Origin: Dipteris shenzhenensis
Taxonomy: Eukaryota
Assembly (NCBI GenBank): GCA_047967505.1
Contig: CM106538.1
Length of the DNA: 64,000 nucleotides
Direction: 5' to 3' (one strand)
The notes beneath the pieces are model-generated. The model ran no database searches. It saw only the letters and a list, made by a program, of their open reading frames with translations, and was not told the DNA's origin. Of the stretch, positions 1 to 12,645 are shown piece after piece (the first letter of the stretch is position 1; each line of letters opens with the position of its first letter). A program made the translations under genes and the position numbers.

Positions 1-16
1 TGCCCATGTCAACTAT

Positions 17-451
17 ATGCGGAGTCTTATGACTCAGTTAGCTTCTATCAACTCTCCTATCACCCCTGATGATGCTATGGCAGTACTACTTAAGAGTATG
101 CCTGAAAGCTTTGATCACATTGTAAGCACTTTGAAGAATCTTCCCAATCCAAACCTTGAAGGCATTATCTCAGCTCTCGAAGAAGAAGAAAGACACATGG
201 AGCTAAGGAAAGGCAATGACACTGCTTATGTTATGAAATTCCAGAAGGGCAAGTATTCTCCTTGCAATCACTGTGGAAAGACAAATCACCTTTCAAAGGA
301 CTGCTTCAAAGTTAATCCATGCAAGCACTGTGGCAAAAACAACCATAGTGAGAAGTTTTGCAGAGACAAAGCAAAGACAGAAAATGCAAATCTACTTACA
401 GTGAATTTGCCTCCACAAGATGAGGCATCCCATGAAGATTATGCATTTTAA
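17..451 (+). CDS. C-terminal part of a copia-type Gag (UBN2-like region plus two CCHC zinc knuckles)
   Basis: LLKSMPESFDHIVSTL motif; knuckles CNHCGKTNHLSKDC and CKHCGKNNHSEKFC. The ORF probably starts upstream of the window. Confidence 0.8.
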   Translation: MRSLMTQLASINSPITPDDAMAVLLKSMPESFDHIVSTLKNLPNPNLEGIISALEEEERHMELRKGNDTAYVMKFQKGKYSPCNHCGKTNHLSKDCFKVNPCKHCGKNNHSEKFCRDKAKTENANLLTVNLPPQDEASHEDYAF

Positions 452-826
452 ATCATCTCTATGTATGCTCCAGATCTCTCTTTTTATGTCAAGGTACTCA
501 GCCTGGATAGTCCTCCAAAATGAATGAAAATAAACTATTGTGTGTTGTGTGTTTTGTAAACACCTCTGGTCACCTTATGATGTAGACCATGTGTATGTTT
601 TGTTCCATGGTACCTCCTACAGACATTGTGTGCATGTACATGTAGGGGAGATCACCATTGGAAGGTCTGTTTGTATCCCTTTCTGTTTACCTTACACCCA
701 AGGGAACCCTTGCTAGCATGAGAACCTAGCCATAGATTAATCCTTGACCACCATGAGATGGCATGAGAAACTATGAGACTAGATGTATCCTTGACATAGC
801 CTGAGGCATTTCCTTGAGGGGGGGTT

Positions 827-1115
827 TGTTGGGATATCTCAAGGTGTATGCCTCAGGCACACCTTATGTTTCTATGTGTGAGTGCTAGAGGCACAGTTAG
901 GTGCCCACAAGCACAGTTAGGTGGTGGAAAAGCCACATAGGATGATTGAGTGAATCTAGGAGCAGATTGAGGAGATGATTGAGGAGCTTTGAGGTCATCA
1001 GTGATGTCAGTGACCTTGTATGAGGTGCCTACTTAAGGACCTCTTTCTTCTTCATTCTATAAGCAAGTATTCTGAATTTGTGTCAACTCTACTCTTTCCT
1101 TTCAGTATTCCAACA
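827..1115 (+). repeat. 3' LTR (~289 bp) of the gag-only element
   Basis: Starts TGTTGGGA 2 nt after the PPT and ends TTCCAACA (terminal inverted repeat). Confidence 0.75.
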
Positions 1116-1239
1116 GTCCCAAGGCAGATATAGTGCCAGTAAGCAGTACCTCAGGTGAAACATACAATGTCACCAAGCGATCTCTAGATATCTGAGCCTG
1201 TTTGTGGAAAAACAGAGGAGGTACTACCCCTCTTGAGCA

Positions 1240-3083
1240 TTAGGCAATACTCCCCGACCTACGCTCTACTGAGCATGAAGGAGCCACAACTGAAGTCGGC
1301 TCAAGATGAAAAGCTTCTAGATAGAGCTGTAATAACTGAGGTGTATCTACCATATGATCATCATCCAGCCACTTTGCATTTGATGAAGAATAAATTCTGA
1401 ATTGCACCAAGTAGCAGTGGGAGACTCTACCTCTCATCTTCCTTTTCTTATGTGCCAAAATCTGCTCTGGAACTAGAATCTCATCCAGCTCCTCAACGTG
1501 TGGTTGTATTTCAACAGGCATATCCTTTGGCACATCACCCTTGAAAGGCTTAAAGAGACTCACATGAAAAGCATTGTGAATCCTCCAATAATCCGGTAGC
1601 TTCAACTTGTAAGCTACATCACTTAACTTCTTTGAAACTTGAAAAGGCCCCTCTTCTTCTTCAGCCTTGCCTTTTCTCGTGAAGCTTTATTTATTGTTGG
1701 AGATCCAGTCAGCTACAAGATCAGTGATGGACTAGCCTATCTTTCACACTGATTTGTTGAGTTGAGCGCAAAAGAACCAGATCACCTTCATTAAATATTA
1801 ATTCAGGACGATGACGATCAGCTGCCTTCTTTTGCTTTGCTTGAGTCTTTTGGAGAGCTAGTTTCACCTTCTTATATGCCACATCCATGCTTTCAACTTA
1901 CTTATCAGCCTCAAAGATCTTATCCTTAGTATGCAAGGTAGGTGGAACTTTTTTGCCCCCTTCCACTATTTCAAAAGGAGCTTTCCAAGTGCAAGTATGC
2001 ATAATATTGTTGTAAGCAAATTCCACCAAGGGCAAATACTGCTCCCATTGTGTCTTATGCTCAAACACATAACATTTGAGCAAATTAGGACTGTGAACTA
2101 CCCATTTAACTGAGGATGAAGAGAAGAAGAAAATCTCAATATAGTGCCCATATTCTCAAAGAGCCATCTCCGGCTATGCACCAGCCAGGGCGACATGACA
2201 TACGGAGGATTCCGCTCCGCTCCAGTCCTTTTCTTTTCTTTTCATTGTTACATCCAGATGTATTTGATTATGTATGAACAGACTTAGCGTTCAGCACGGG
2301 TGATGATGCTCGTTTCAGTAGCTTCACCCTTATTGTGATTTGTATCAGGTTTTCTTTCAGTCTCATAGACCCATCGGTCTTCCGAAGACTCTAATAAAAT
2401 TTCTTTCTTTCTTTCTTTCTCCAAAGAGACTCGTCATACTTAGATCTCTCACTTACGATAGATTAAGGCATCCCATGATATTTGAAAATGTTCTGCATGA
2501 ACAACCCTGCCATGTGATCTGTTGTAATTTTCTTCCTCACCGGAATGAAGTGTGCATGCTTGCTGAACCAGCATATAGTAGTCCAGAGACCATCATTCCC
2601 TGTAGGTGTCCTAGGAAGATCAAATATGAAATCTATGGCAATGCTCTCCCCCGGTCTATCTGGATTAGCAATGGCTACTCTTCTGCTTGTCAAACTTGAT
2701 CTTCTGGCAGATGATGCATGTTCTAACAAAGGCATCCACATCCCGTCTCAAAGCTGGCCAATAGAAAAAGTGCTCCACTGCTTTCACAGTGGCATCAATG
2801 CCTCTGTGCCTTGCATACAGTGGAGCATGACTTTCGATCATAACCTTTGCCTTAACTGCTTTGCGACACAAAGGTGTCCATGCATCATAATAAAGCCATC
2901 TGTGAGAGTATAATGATCATGCTGCTGATTATTAGACAGCTGGTCATAAATCCTAGAGAAATCCTCATCCTGAGCATACTGGTCCTTCATTGCATCCAAC
3001 TCACTGTGGTAAGCAATGGTAAATGTGGAAACCTGAGGCTCCCTTGACAATGCATTGGCCACTATGTTCTTTTTACCTTCCAC
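1240..3083 (-). pseudogene. Degenerate Ty3/gypsy chromovirus pol 3' part: RNase H end, integrase, chromodomain
   Basis: Fragments GKKNIVANALSR; HHCC zinc region (H...HRG...FYWP...CIICQ); DFIFDLPRT; QWEQYLPLVEFAYNN; IHNAFHVSLFKP; chromodomain-like VPEQILAH...YLVQFR...AKW. Many stops and frameshifts. Confidence 0.85.
2172..2417 (+). mobile_element. 5'-truncated non-LTR retroelement (LINE/SINE 3' end) inserted in the chromovirus integrase
   Basis: Interrupts integrase at the W of ...SLFW-R-W-LFENMG. TCTCC direct repeat at 2167-2171 and 2418-2422. AATAAA followed by a (TTTC)n tail. Confidence 0.7.
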
Positions 3084-3317
3084 ATGTATTCCTTGGTGTG
3101 TGCCTTGTAGGCCTAGTTACAGTCAGTTGGTACAGGTAGTACATGTACCACTTAGGACAATTAGGACACTTAGTCCAGTTAGGGCACTTTGCCCTAGGGT
3201 TTTGTTATATTGACTCTCTCTTGAGCCTCCACTTAGTTTTGCAGCAATTCATTATAGCAGCTCGTTTTGTCTTCTCTCCTTCATTTTTGAGCTTCCATTG
3301 ATTGCCCTAGCCTACAA

Positions 3318-3329
3318 TGGTATCAGAGC
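3318..3329 (+). promoter_or_regulatory. Primer-binding site complementary to initiator tRNA-Met
   Basis: TGGTATCAGAGC, 1 nt after the LTR-terminal CA. Confidence 0.9.
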
Positions 3330-3456
3330 AGGTCAGGGATTCATTCCTACAGCCATTGGCAGCTTGTTCAAGCTGTTCGGCTGCCCTTGGGCCTCTCTTT
3401 CCTGCTGGTTTGCTGGTTTCTACACACCCGTGAGCATGTGGCCTCTGTAACTACTT

Positions 3457-3595
3457 TTGTTGGGAGAAGTTTGTATTTTTCGTGTGAAGACTGCAGTTTG
3501 GAGCACCCATTGTGAAGGGAGACTTCTGTCGGGAGAAGTTTATCTTTTTCGTGTGAAGACTGCATTTTGGAGGACCCATTGCGAAGGCAGACGCA
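3457..3595 (+). repeat. Two-copy ~69-bp tandem repeat in the copia leader
   Basis: GGGAGAAGTTT..TTTTTCGTGTGAAGACTGCA..TTTGGAG..CCCATTG..GAAGG at 3462 and again at 3531. Confidence 0.8.
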
Positions 3596-5519
3596 TTTCG
3601 CAGCATTTCCATTCATTTTCTGCTGCACCGAGTTCACACGTGCGAATTCTTGCTACTGTACGGATTCCATACAACAATACGGCTGCTGTACGGATGCATC
3701 AAAGCCTGTACGGACAGCTGCCTTCAGCCGTGTGGTGCATTTAGGGTTTGTATGGACTTGTTGCTGCCTTGTACGGACCTGTTGCTGCAGCACGTGTGAG
3801 CTGTACAGATTTTTGGAGGACTGTGCAAGATCATTTAATGCAGTACGAATCTGTATGGACAGATTTGCTGCATCTATCACTGCTGTACAGTGCATTTATG
3901 ACACGTATGGTGCTGTACGGTCCTGCCTCGGGAAGCGTGCCAGCATTTGAAGCCTTCTCACAGCTGATTTATTCATTTGGTGGCTCATTCTTGGGTTTTG
4001 GAGCTTGTTATTGCGATCTGGAGGTCTCTCCCAAGCCCATTCCTTCTCATTTGGCTTTCCCTTGCCTTGGCTGCGAGTTCCCCTCTATTGATCACCTTCC
4101 TCTCATTTCGAAGTGTTCTCCTCCTCGTGGGAGTACTTTCTCTTGCTGTAACTCTCATTTCCAGCCTTCTCTTTGCATCTCTAATTGCCATTTGCTGTCT
4201 TTTTCACCTCCCTCAAGGGTGAAACCCTCTGCCCACATTTGGAGCCTTTTTCTTGATATATTTTCGGGCTAGATCCTTGGGTAAGACTTTGTTGCATTGG
4301 CTCTTTCCAATTTCTGCAAATCAGCCATTTCTTTGCTTCATTTGCATTTTGGAAAGGCCTCGTCTTGCCTTTTGGGGAATTTTTTGCAACAGGTACACCT
4401 TGAGACAGCATAGTCTTTTGCTGTGAAAAACTTAAGCTTGAGCATCGTTTTGCCTTTTGATTTTGAGAGGTTTCCCTTCTCTCATTTGCCTTGCCAGTTG
4501 GTGCATTTGCCTTGAATTTCAGCACCATGAATAGCAACAAGGATGATTTATTTGGGATGCTTGGGGTTGAGGACAAGCTTGATGGTACAAATTACCCCAT
4601 GTGGGCATACATGATGGGGCATGTTTTGGTTGCCAAGAATTTATGGAACATTGTTTCAGACGCTGAGGTCAGGCCTACATGTAATGCAGCTTCTGGTGCT
4701 ACACCTCTTGCCCTTGGTACTACAAGTACTGCTTCAGGCTCATCTGGTGATGGGTCTAATGCTACTTCTGGAGCTGTTGCATCTTCTACTACAAGTACTT
4801 TGCCTCCTACACAGGAGCAGATTCAGTGGGATGGTCGTGATGCCAAAGCACATGCCTTGATTGCTTTTTTAGTTAAAAGGGTCATTATCCCTCATATCGG
4901 GTCTTGCAAGACAGCAAAGCAAGCGTGGGATCAGCTTGCATCCTTATATCAGGTGCGGAATGAGGCGCGGGTTGCCTATCTCCGCAAGCAGTTGAAGGAC
5001 TTGAAGCTTGCAGAGGGTGGTAAGATGGATGCCAGTGTGAAGGATTTGAAAGAGTAGTTGGCTAACCTTGATGAAGTGGTACTTGATTCTCGGCTTATTT
5101 CTTATACCCTTGATGGGTTGCCCGACTCTTATGAGGGTTTTGCTACTACATTGAGGTTGGTTGCAGGGGGCAATGCCAACCATATTCCTTTGACCAGCTG
5201 GTTGCCCTCTTACTTCAGGAGGAACAACGCCGTGCAAATCACAATGCTTCTATGGCTAGTGATCAAGCCTTTGCTGCCCAGCATAAAAACAAAGGCAAAG
5301 GCAAGGTTTTAGCTGGTAAACCCCCTCATTCACATGCTGGTTACTCTCATGATGCTTCTTCTTCGGGGTATAAGAAGAAGACGAAGGGATGCAACTATTG
5401 CAGGAACTTGGGCATGACGTTTTTGAATGCAGGAAAAAAATTGCGTCTCCAAACTGATTAAGAAAATCTGTCTGCTCTTTATCTAGCTTGGAGATTACAA
5501 ATTGTGGATTGTCAGACTT

Positions 5520-5850
5520 AGTATCCTTTGCAAAAACTAAATACGCAGAAATATGATGTTTCATTACTGAGCATATAGCTGAAGTAGATACAACAGGGAC
5601 TCTCCCTTAAGTTTGACATCCAATACATGCTTCTTCCCTCTATGCTCCAGGGAAATCTTCCGATTGTAAGTATCCACCAAAGCATGAACTGTGTGACACC
5701 AAGGCATACCCAGCAAAACATCACAGCCTTGAAAAGGCATTATATAAAATTCCTTATTGTCCACGAAGCTCTGTATGTGCAAACGGAGCTTTCCAATGAT
5801 AGGGGTAACCAGAGAGAAAGAAAGAAAGAAATTGACTAGCTCATTGGCAA
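5520..5850 (-). pseudogene. Chromovirus-type aspartic protease C-terminal fragment
   Basis: FYIMPFQGCDVLLGMPW (D.ILG.PW motif). Same strand as the 1240-3083 remnant. Confidence 0.75.
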
Positions 5851-5859
5851 AGAGATCCA

Positions 5860-6990
5860 AGCGGCTCCCTGAGCTCTTGCCTCAGCTCCTCCCTCCCGCC
5901 TCCTTCTGCCACAGCCTCCACCTCCGCCTCACCTCCCTCTTCCGCCTCCCTCTTGCATCTTCTCCTCTCCGCCTTCTTCTACCTCTCCCTCACCTCCTTT
6001 CGCTCGCAGGCCGCATCTCCCCGCATTCCCCTTCCGCCCTCCCTGCCTCCTCCCTCCGACAGCCTCCACCCTCGCCCCCGCTCCTTCACGTCTCCCTTTC
6101 GCCGCCTCGCCTCCTCTCGCCACCTCACTGCCCTCCCTGCTCCTCCTCACCTCCTTCTCCTTCTTTCCGTTCTCTCCTTTCGCCCTTGCTACCTCCCCGC
6201 CCTCTCCTCTCGCCCCTCTGTCTCCTTTCGCCTACCTTTGCCTCTCGCTTCTTCTCACCTCTCCGCTTCCTTTCCTCCTTCCACTCTCTCTCATTCGTCT
6301 TCACCTTCTCCACCTGGCCTCCTCCTCGACTCTCTCCCTGCCTTTCGTTCGTCCCCTCTTCAGCCCCCCTTCGCCTTCTCTTTGAGGGCTCTCCCTCTCC
6401 GTTGGTAGCCAACTGCAGGGGTGTGTTTCCACGCAACTGGCCCTTGGTTTCTTCCCCACCCTTTGGGTAGCGATGAGCGTTTGTTTGTCTCCAGGAAAGA
6501 TCTTCTTGGTGGTGACCCTTGGTCTGGCCAGAGGATCTCTATGGCAGCATCCTCGAATCCCACAACCGTTAAGATTCTTCTTTCCCCAATTGACAAGCAA
6601 CAGGTGAAGCATGCAGTTTGGTCACTTTAGGACAAGGCGATCGTGGGCAGAATTGTGGGCCTCGTGCCTACAAGGAGACGGGTGCGAGAGTGGATCCAGA
6701 CGAGCTTGGCACTAGAGGGAGACCACATTCAGGAGGTAACCATCTATGGAAGAGGCGTATTTCTCATCCAGTTGAGCTCCCCCAACACTGCCTCGACACT
6801 CGTGGAGCAGAGCCCCATTCTCATGGGCCCGGATTTGGTGTACCTCTTTCCTTGGTACCGTGGCTTTACAGTGGAGGACATGGACACAACACACCATGTT
6901 CCCCGTTTTCCGGTTACTCTCCGCTTCCCAGGGCTCCCAAAGGACTATGGAGCCATCCTCCCCTTATTGGTCGGTCATTGGTTTTGCCAC
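5860..6990 (+). mobile_element. 5' fragment of a plant L1-type LINE: polypyrimidine 5' UTR plus disrupted ORF1 (DUF4283-like)
   Basis: C/T-rich tract ~5865-6400. ORF1 from ATG 6541 with a stop at 6628, then IVGRIVG...VREWI...GRGVFLIQL...FPWYRGF...PVTLRFPGLP. Same layout as the LINE at 59390. Confidence 0.75.
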
Positions 6991-6999
6991 GGTGAGTGA

Positions 7000-9050
7000 T
7001 TGTGATTGTTTTATTCTTCGTTTCCAAAACAGCCCCAACATGGAAATGCTATGGTATTCGTAGTAACACATCACAACCATTCAACAGCATAATATAGAAC
7101 TCTTCCGTGTCAACGTAGCTCTGAATATGCATCCTCAGCTTGCCTGTCACTGGAGTAACTGATTGGTTGAGCCCCGGGCAAGCCATATCCGCATCACACA
7201 AAGGACCCCTCTCTTCTGCCCATATTCCCAGCTTTCCAACAAGCTATGGAGAAATAAAGTTGGCCTTGGCTCCCAGATAAAAAAAAACATCTGCCCGTAT
7301 TTCTAGCTTTCCAGCAAGCTATGGAGAAATAAAGTTGGCCTTGGCTCCTAGATCAAAAAACATCAGAGCTGTTTGGTCTCATATCTTGCCCCATGCCCGA
7401 CATAACTCTGTAGCATATGTATTCTCAACAGCCCCGACCACAGTGGGTTTGGGCTTCTTATTCTTTTGATCATTCCTCTTCTCTTCCGTATGCTCACCCT
7501 GCTAAGTAGGAGGGAACTTCCTCTTCTTGTGTAGGCACTCAAAAGCCCTGTGGCCCTCCTCCTTGCAAATATAACATTTATTGGCATCATACATTTTTTA
7601 TTTTTCTTCATCTGACATACGGGTACGAGATGATACTCCTCTCTGTCTTGCAACAAACTTCGCTTTCATAGGCTGCGAGAATTTTCTAAACTTCTTAGGA
7701 GAGCCCGTCTTGCTGCCCATTGACTTAGGTGTCTCCTTTGGCTAGTGGCATTCTCAATCAATTGGGACATATTGGAGACCTTTATCTTTGTGCAGTACTC
7801 TCGAATCTCCTTTGGCAGCCCGCAGCACAGACAGCGCTACATGCTTGCAGGAATTCACTGGCAACAAGGCTTCTCAAAACTTCTTATTGTTGTCTTCCAA
7901 ATTTCTGCAATTCGTTGCATCTAATTTGTACCACGTGGTCATGATATCTACCTCGAAAGTGGTAGTTAACCATGCGGCTGAGAACACCTGTTTGAATTCA
8001 ACCATGTGGTAGGTGCTCTACCTTGCAAAAGTAAGTTGGTCCACCATTGGAGCACTGCCTTTCGAACTTTGGAAGACTCTGGAAAGTGTCCACCTGAGTA
8101 GGAAGCATCAAATTGTTGCACCGAATGTCAAAACCTTCAATCTGTCTTGCATCCCATTGAAGGTTTTGAATTTCACAGCTGCCCCTCCCCTTGTAATCTT
8201 TCAGCTTGCCTTTAGGGATGAGATTACCATGAACAGGGGGCTGTAAAAAGGGCGGAGTCATCATTGCTCCCGCATTTTGGGCCATATCACCCGGACCTAT
8301 GGTGGGGGTAAACATTCTGGGTCCCACTCCCTACATCTATGGCATGTTCCAAGTATTGCCCATCGTCTTAGGCATTCTTGTCTGCATATTGGCCTGCATC
8401 CCAAGATTTGTGTACATCATGTTGGCATTTGCAGGGGGCATTCCACCCATCATAGGTTGCTGGAAATTCTCATGCTGCCCATAAATGCGCCTGGCATTCC
8501 GGACCCATCTGTGGGCTGTCCCACCATTGCTTGAAAAACTGATCCCCCTCTGAAGTATCTTGGATGCATCATGGGCTGAGGGAGGACTTGCTCTCCTTGA
8601 TTGATTGAATGAAAGTTATTGGCATTACCGGCTACAGGGGTGACTGTGGGCATCTCTGGTGGCTGTTCACTGAAAGATAAATGCTTGTGAGTGTTCTTAT
8701 GCTTTTTATGCTTCTTTTGAGCTGTCTTTTTGCCTCCAGGGGGAGCAATAATAGTATAGGAGGAGCTTGCTTAATCTCCAATGAAAGTCTGTTGCAACTG
8801 TGACAGGGCTTCTACTCCACTTTGCATTTGAAACTGAAAAAGGGCATTGATCAAGTTCCTCTGTCTCATCTACCTCATCCTGTGAGTTTTCAGTGGCATG
8901 CTTAGGAGAAACAGGCTGTGCCCCACTGTCTTGCTCCTCATCACCCCCGCTGATGCTATGCTCCTCCTCAAAACTCTCCGATGTTGTGTCTTCCTCTTGC
9001 CCCTCCTGCTCGGAGATGGTCAACGATCTCTCACGGTGTGACATGCTTGC
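7000..9050 (-). pseudogene. Degenerate Ty3/gypsy gag region, probably the 5' part of the same chromovirus
   Basis: Broken minus-strand ORFs (acidic N-terminus from 9044, Pro/Met/Gly-rich stretch, knuckle-like remnant near 7530-7580), collinear with the protease at 5520-5850. Confidence 0.55.
7216..7364. repeat. Two-copy ~73-bp tandem duplication
   Basis: AGCTTTCCA.CAAGCTATGGAGAAATAAAGTTGGCCTTGGCTCC.AGAT occurs twice. Confidence 0.85.
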
Positions 9051-10319
9051 AAAGATTGATGGCTACAACAAATAAAATGCAATGAAGGTGTCCTTCACCC
9101 AATGCTACTAGGGCTCACCTCTATAGGAAGAGCGTGACAATCTCGGCAATGGAACCGTTGTAACCGGCCTTCAAAGAACTAAAGGGCAGTAATCCTTGTC
9201 TACTCAATCATAAACCTCATAAATAGCCACAATGCAAGCTTCAGTCATTTTAGTCACTTAACAATACTTAGAAAAATAAACTTTAACAACAACATTGGGG
9301 AGGCTAGAATGCCCCTGCTGAGTGAAAATAGTACACAACACGCCCACTGGTTCCAAATGCCTTGGCACCCCTTTCGGTATTTATTTAATGCTTCTGAATG
9401 GAAATGCTTTACACCAGGGGTTCACCCTTGCACTGTTCTTCTTTGCAAATCCTCTGTCTGTCTTCTGGGCATCTAATCCAAGTGCACCACTAGAATCTAG
9501 CTGGCAAGACATACTTAGGCATCGACTTTTGACCTGACCCAACTGAAAGGCATCCAAGCATCCAAATCACTAGCAAATTGTACCCCAAGCGGCCTCAAGG
9601 CTTTCACATGGGACACACTGGCCCTTTGGCCCTCCCCTAGGCACATCCTTTGCTTTTGAGTACTTGCTTACACCTATGGGGACTAGAAAAGACTCCAAAC
9701 AACAGAGAAACACTGGAGAAAGCTTCAAATCAAAAGAGAGCAATTAGAAACAAAATTGGAACCCATACCCGCTATCTGTGGCAGAGGGACGAGCTCTTTC
9801 CTTGCATCTATTCTCAGTCCAGGCTCCCCGCAGGGTGCAGGAGGTTTCTAGCTACCAGGAGAAGAGGAAAATGAAGAACGAGAGCGGAAGAGGGGCAAGG
9901 AAAGGGTTGAAGAGGACACATGCCTACAGATCTTCCCCAAAGCCTCGGGATCCGTGCCTCAAAATTTGTGCCCTAGTAGTTCGTATAGCCCACAAAAGCC
10001 ACTTTGTACAATTCGTACAGATGTATGGATAGCATTAAATGCGTCGTACTTGCCTTAGGAGTCGTCGTACACTTGTCTCAAGGGTCTCGCCTTTAGCCAA
10101 ATAGCAGCTGAGCTGCTGTGGGTGGAGTACAAGAGCTGAAAAGGAGGTCAGAGCAGCAACAAATGGAAGTCAAAGCAGCGAAAACAGTTGGGAGAGCCAG
10201 ACAAAATGCAACAAAATCTATGTCGGGAGCTTCTGCTAGGCCTGGAATGCTCTAGGAGGGTGAGGGGAGAGAGATGGTACGTGGTGTAGGCCATCCTATG
10301 GGCTATCCACAGATGCCAC

Positions 10320-12590
10320 TTATTCCTTGGTATGTCCCTTGTAGGCCTAGTTATAGTCACTTAGGACTATTGGTACAGTTAGTTCATGTACCATCTAGGT
10401 CAGTTAGGACACTTAGTCGAGTTAGGGTAGTTAGCCCTAGGGCTTTGTTATGTTGGCTCTCCGTTGAGCCTCCTCACTTGTACTTGCAACATTTTCATTA
10501 CAACAGCTCGTTTTTTGCCTTCTTGCACTCATCAGGAGGAGCAAAGTCGTGCAAATCGCAATGTTTCCATGGCTAGTGATCAAGCATTTGTAAGGTAAAG
10601 GCAAGGTTTCAGCTGGAAAACCCTCTCATTCCCATGCTGATCATTCACATGGTGCCTTTTCTTCAGGGGATAACAAAAGAAGAAGAGATGTAATTATTGC
10701 AGGAAACCTGGGCATGATATTTCTGAATGCAAGAAGCGCATAGCATCGGAAAAGAAGAAGAAAGAGTCTGGTCTTGCAGTATGTGGTTCTTCCAGTGCAG
10801 AATATCAACATGAGTCTGCTAATTTTGCACAAGACCAACATTGGGCTTTCTTGGTTACATGTCAGTATAATCTTGATGTTCATGATGCTTGTATGGCAGT
10901 TTCAGATGTTCATGATGCCTGGTTCTTTGATAGTGGTGCTAGCAAGCACATCACTTCTCGCCGGAAGTTATTCAGCCCATTAGAGCATACATCTCAGGGG
11001 GGCAGTGTCACATGTGCCAATAATGCATCATATACCTTGAAGGGTATTCGACAAGCTGCTCTTACTTCTGTCTCTGGTGGTATTCTTCCTCTAGAGCATG
11101 TGCTTTATGTTTCAAGCATTCGTAAGAACCTCATTTCTATTTCAGCTATTGCTACATGTGGCTTTCAGGTTCTTTTTGATGGTGTTAGGTGTGCAGTGGA
11201 TGATGCTACACATGCCTTTACCATGGTTTTGACTGGCACATTATCTAGAGGTCTTTATAGACTTGATGCTTATGACAGATGTTTGGATGATGATGCTGCA
11301 CTTGTTGATGCACATGCCTTTGCTCTTGATTCTACCATGGCAGATACTCATTTGTGGCATGAGAGGTTTGGACACCTCAATTTCGGAGCCCTGGTGAAGT
11401 TATATAAGGAGAATATGGTTGTTAATCTTCCCAAAATGCATATGCCTACAAAACATGTTTGTGAACCATGCTTGCTTGGTAAGATGCACTGTGCTGCGTT
11501 TCCCAAGGATGTGAGAGTTGGTGCTTCACGTAAGCTTTATTTGGTTCATAGTGATGTTTGTGGACCCATGAGGGTTGCAGACCTTGGGGGGTTCTACTAT
11601 TTTGTCACTTTTATTGATGAATTCACCAGGTACACTTGGATTTTCGCATTGAAATCCAAATTTGAAGTTTTTTCATGCTTCAAGCACTTTATTGCCTTGC
11701 CTGAGAATGAGAGTGGGCTGCACATTTCTCACCTTAATAGAGACAGGGGGGGTGAATACATGTCAAAGGAGTTTGCTGTTTTTGGGGCTTCCCGTGGTAT
11801 CAATCATCAATGCATGGTGCCTTATACTCCTCAACAGAATCCCGTGGCTGAGCGAAAAAATAGATCAGTGATGGAGATGGCCAGGTGCATGTTGAAAGGC
11901 AAACATTTACCTAATAAGTCGTGGTTTGATGCGGTCATGTGTGCGAATTACATCTTGAATAGATGTCCTACAAAGGCATTGCAGACTATCAGCCCTTATG
12001 AGGCTTGGACGGGTCGTAAGCCTCACATTTCCCACATGAGGTCTTTTGGATGCTTAGCTTATGCTCATGTGCCTTCACAGACGCGCACTAAGTTGGATGA
12101 TAAAGATGTCAAGTCATTTTTCTTGGGTATAGTTCAGAGCGCAAGGGCTATAAGCTATATCAGCCCCGCATGGGCAAGTGTTTTGTTAGTCGGGATGTTG
12201 TGTTTGATGAATCTTCCACTATGCCTTTGTTGGACTGTTAAAAACAGCCTGTTGTTGATGCCCCTGACATATTTGACAGCTTGATGCCTTTGTTTCCATT
12301 TGATGCTCCGGATGATGCTCCATCTGAGGTAGTACCTCCTCCATCTATTGGTTATTTGCAGCCACATGTGCAGCCATAAATTCAGCGTGATATGCCTCTT
12401 ATTGATCAGGGTCATTTGCGCATGTTGGCTCCTTGACACATTAAAAGACAGCAAACAAGACACTCCTCTGCCAACCCTTACGAGAGCAGCTGTTCGGAAA
12501 GAGTATGCTAGTTCTGTTGCTTATGCATTGGTTGCTATAGCATGCAATGAAGAGCCATTATGTCATCAAGTTGCCTTTCAGAATGATTGT
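10320..12590 (+). mobile_element. Ty1/copia remnant 2 (same family as remnant 1): LTR piece fused to gag C-terminus, then protease and integrase; RT absent
   Basis: 10320-10524 resembles LTR 3085-3275. 10530-10750 resembles gag 5215-5450. Confidence 0.8.
10851..12284 (+). pseudogene. Copia pol fragment: protease, GAG-pre-integrase, integrase core
   Basis: WFFDSGASKH; LWHERFGH; CEPCLLGK; VHSDVCGP; DRGGEY; YTPQQNPVAERKNR; FGCLAYAHVP. Confidence 0.9.
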
Positions 12591-12645
12591 TGTGTGAGTA
12601 CTAAGGGAGAGAGGAGGTGAATAGCGCCACTGAAGCAGTGTTACG

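Larger units (their letters stand above)
1..1115 (+). mobile_element. 3' part of a gag-only (pol-less, TR-GAG-like) LTR retroelement with copia-type Gag
   Basis: The gag ORF ends at 451 and is followed by ~370 bp non-coding DNA, a PPT (GAGGGGGGG, ~816-824) and an LTR with TGTTGGGA...TTCCAACA ends. No pol sequence in between. Confidence 0.7.
3085..5460 (+). mobile_element. Ty1/copia remnant 1: partial 5' LTR, PBS, long leader, disrupted gag
   Basis: LTR ends ...CCTACA at 3316, then PBS. Gag from ATG 4527 (DKLDGTNYPMW...AKQAWDQL...LDGLPDSYEGF...CNYC) with a stop at 5055-5057 and frameshifts. Confidence 0.85.

Noticed and set aside
5757-6470. Pro/Ser/Leu-rich ORFs (also 59335-60007 and 13020-13289)
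   Set aside because: Artefacts of C/T-rich low-complexity UTR sequence that lacks stop codons.
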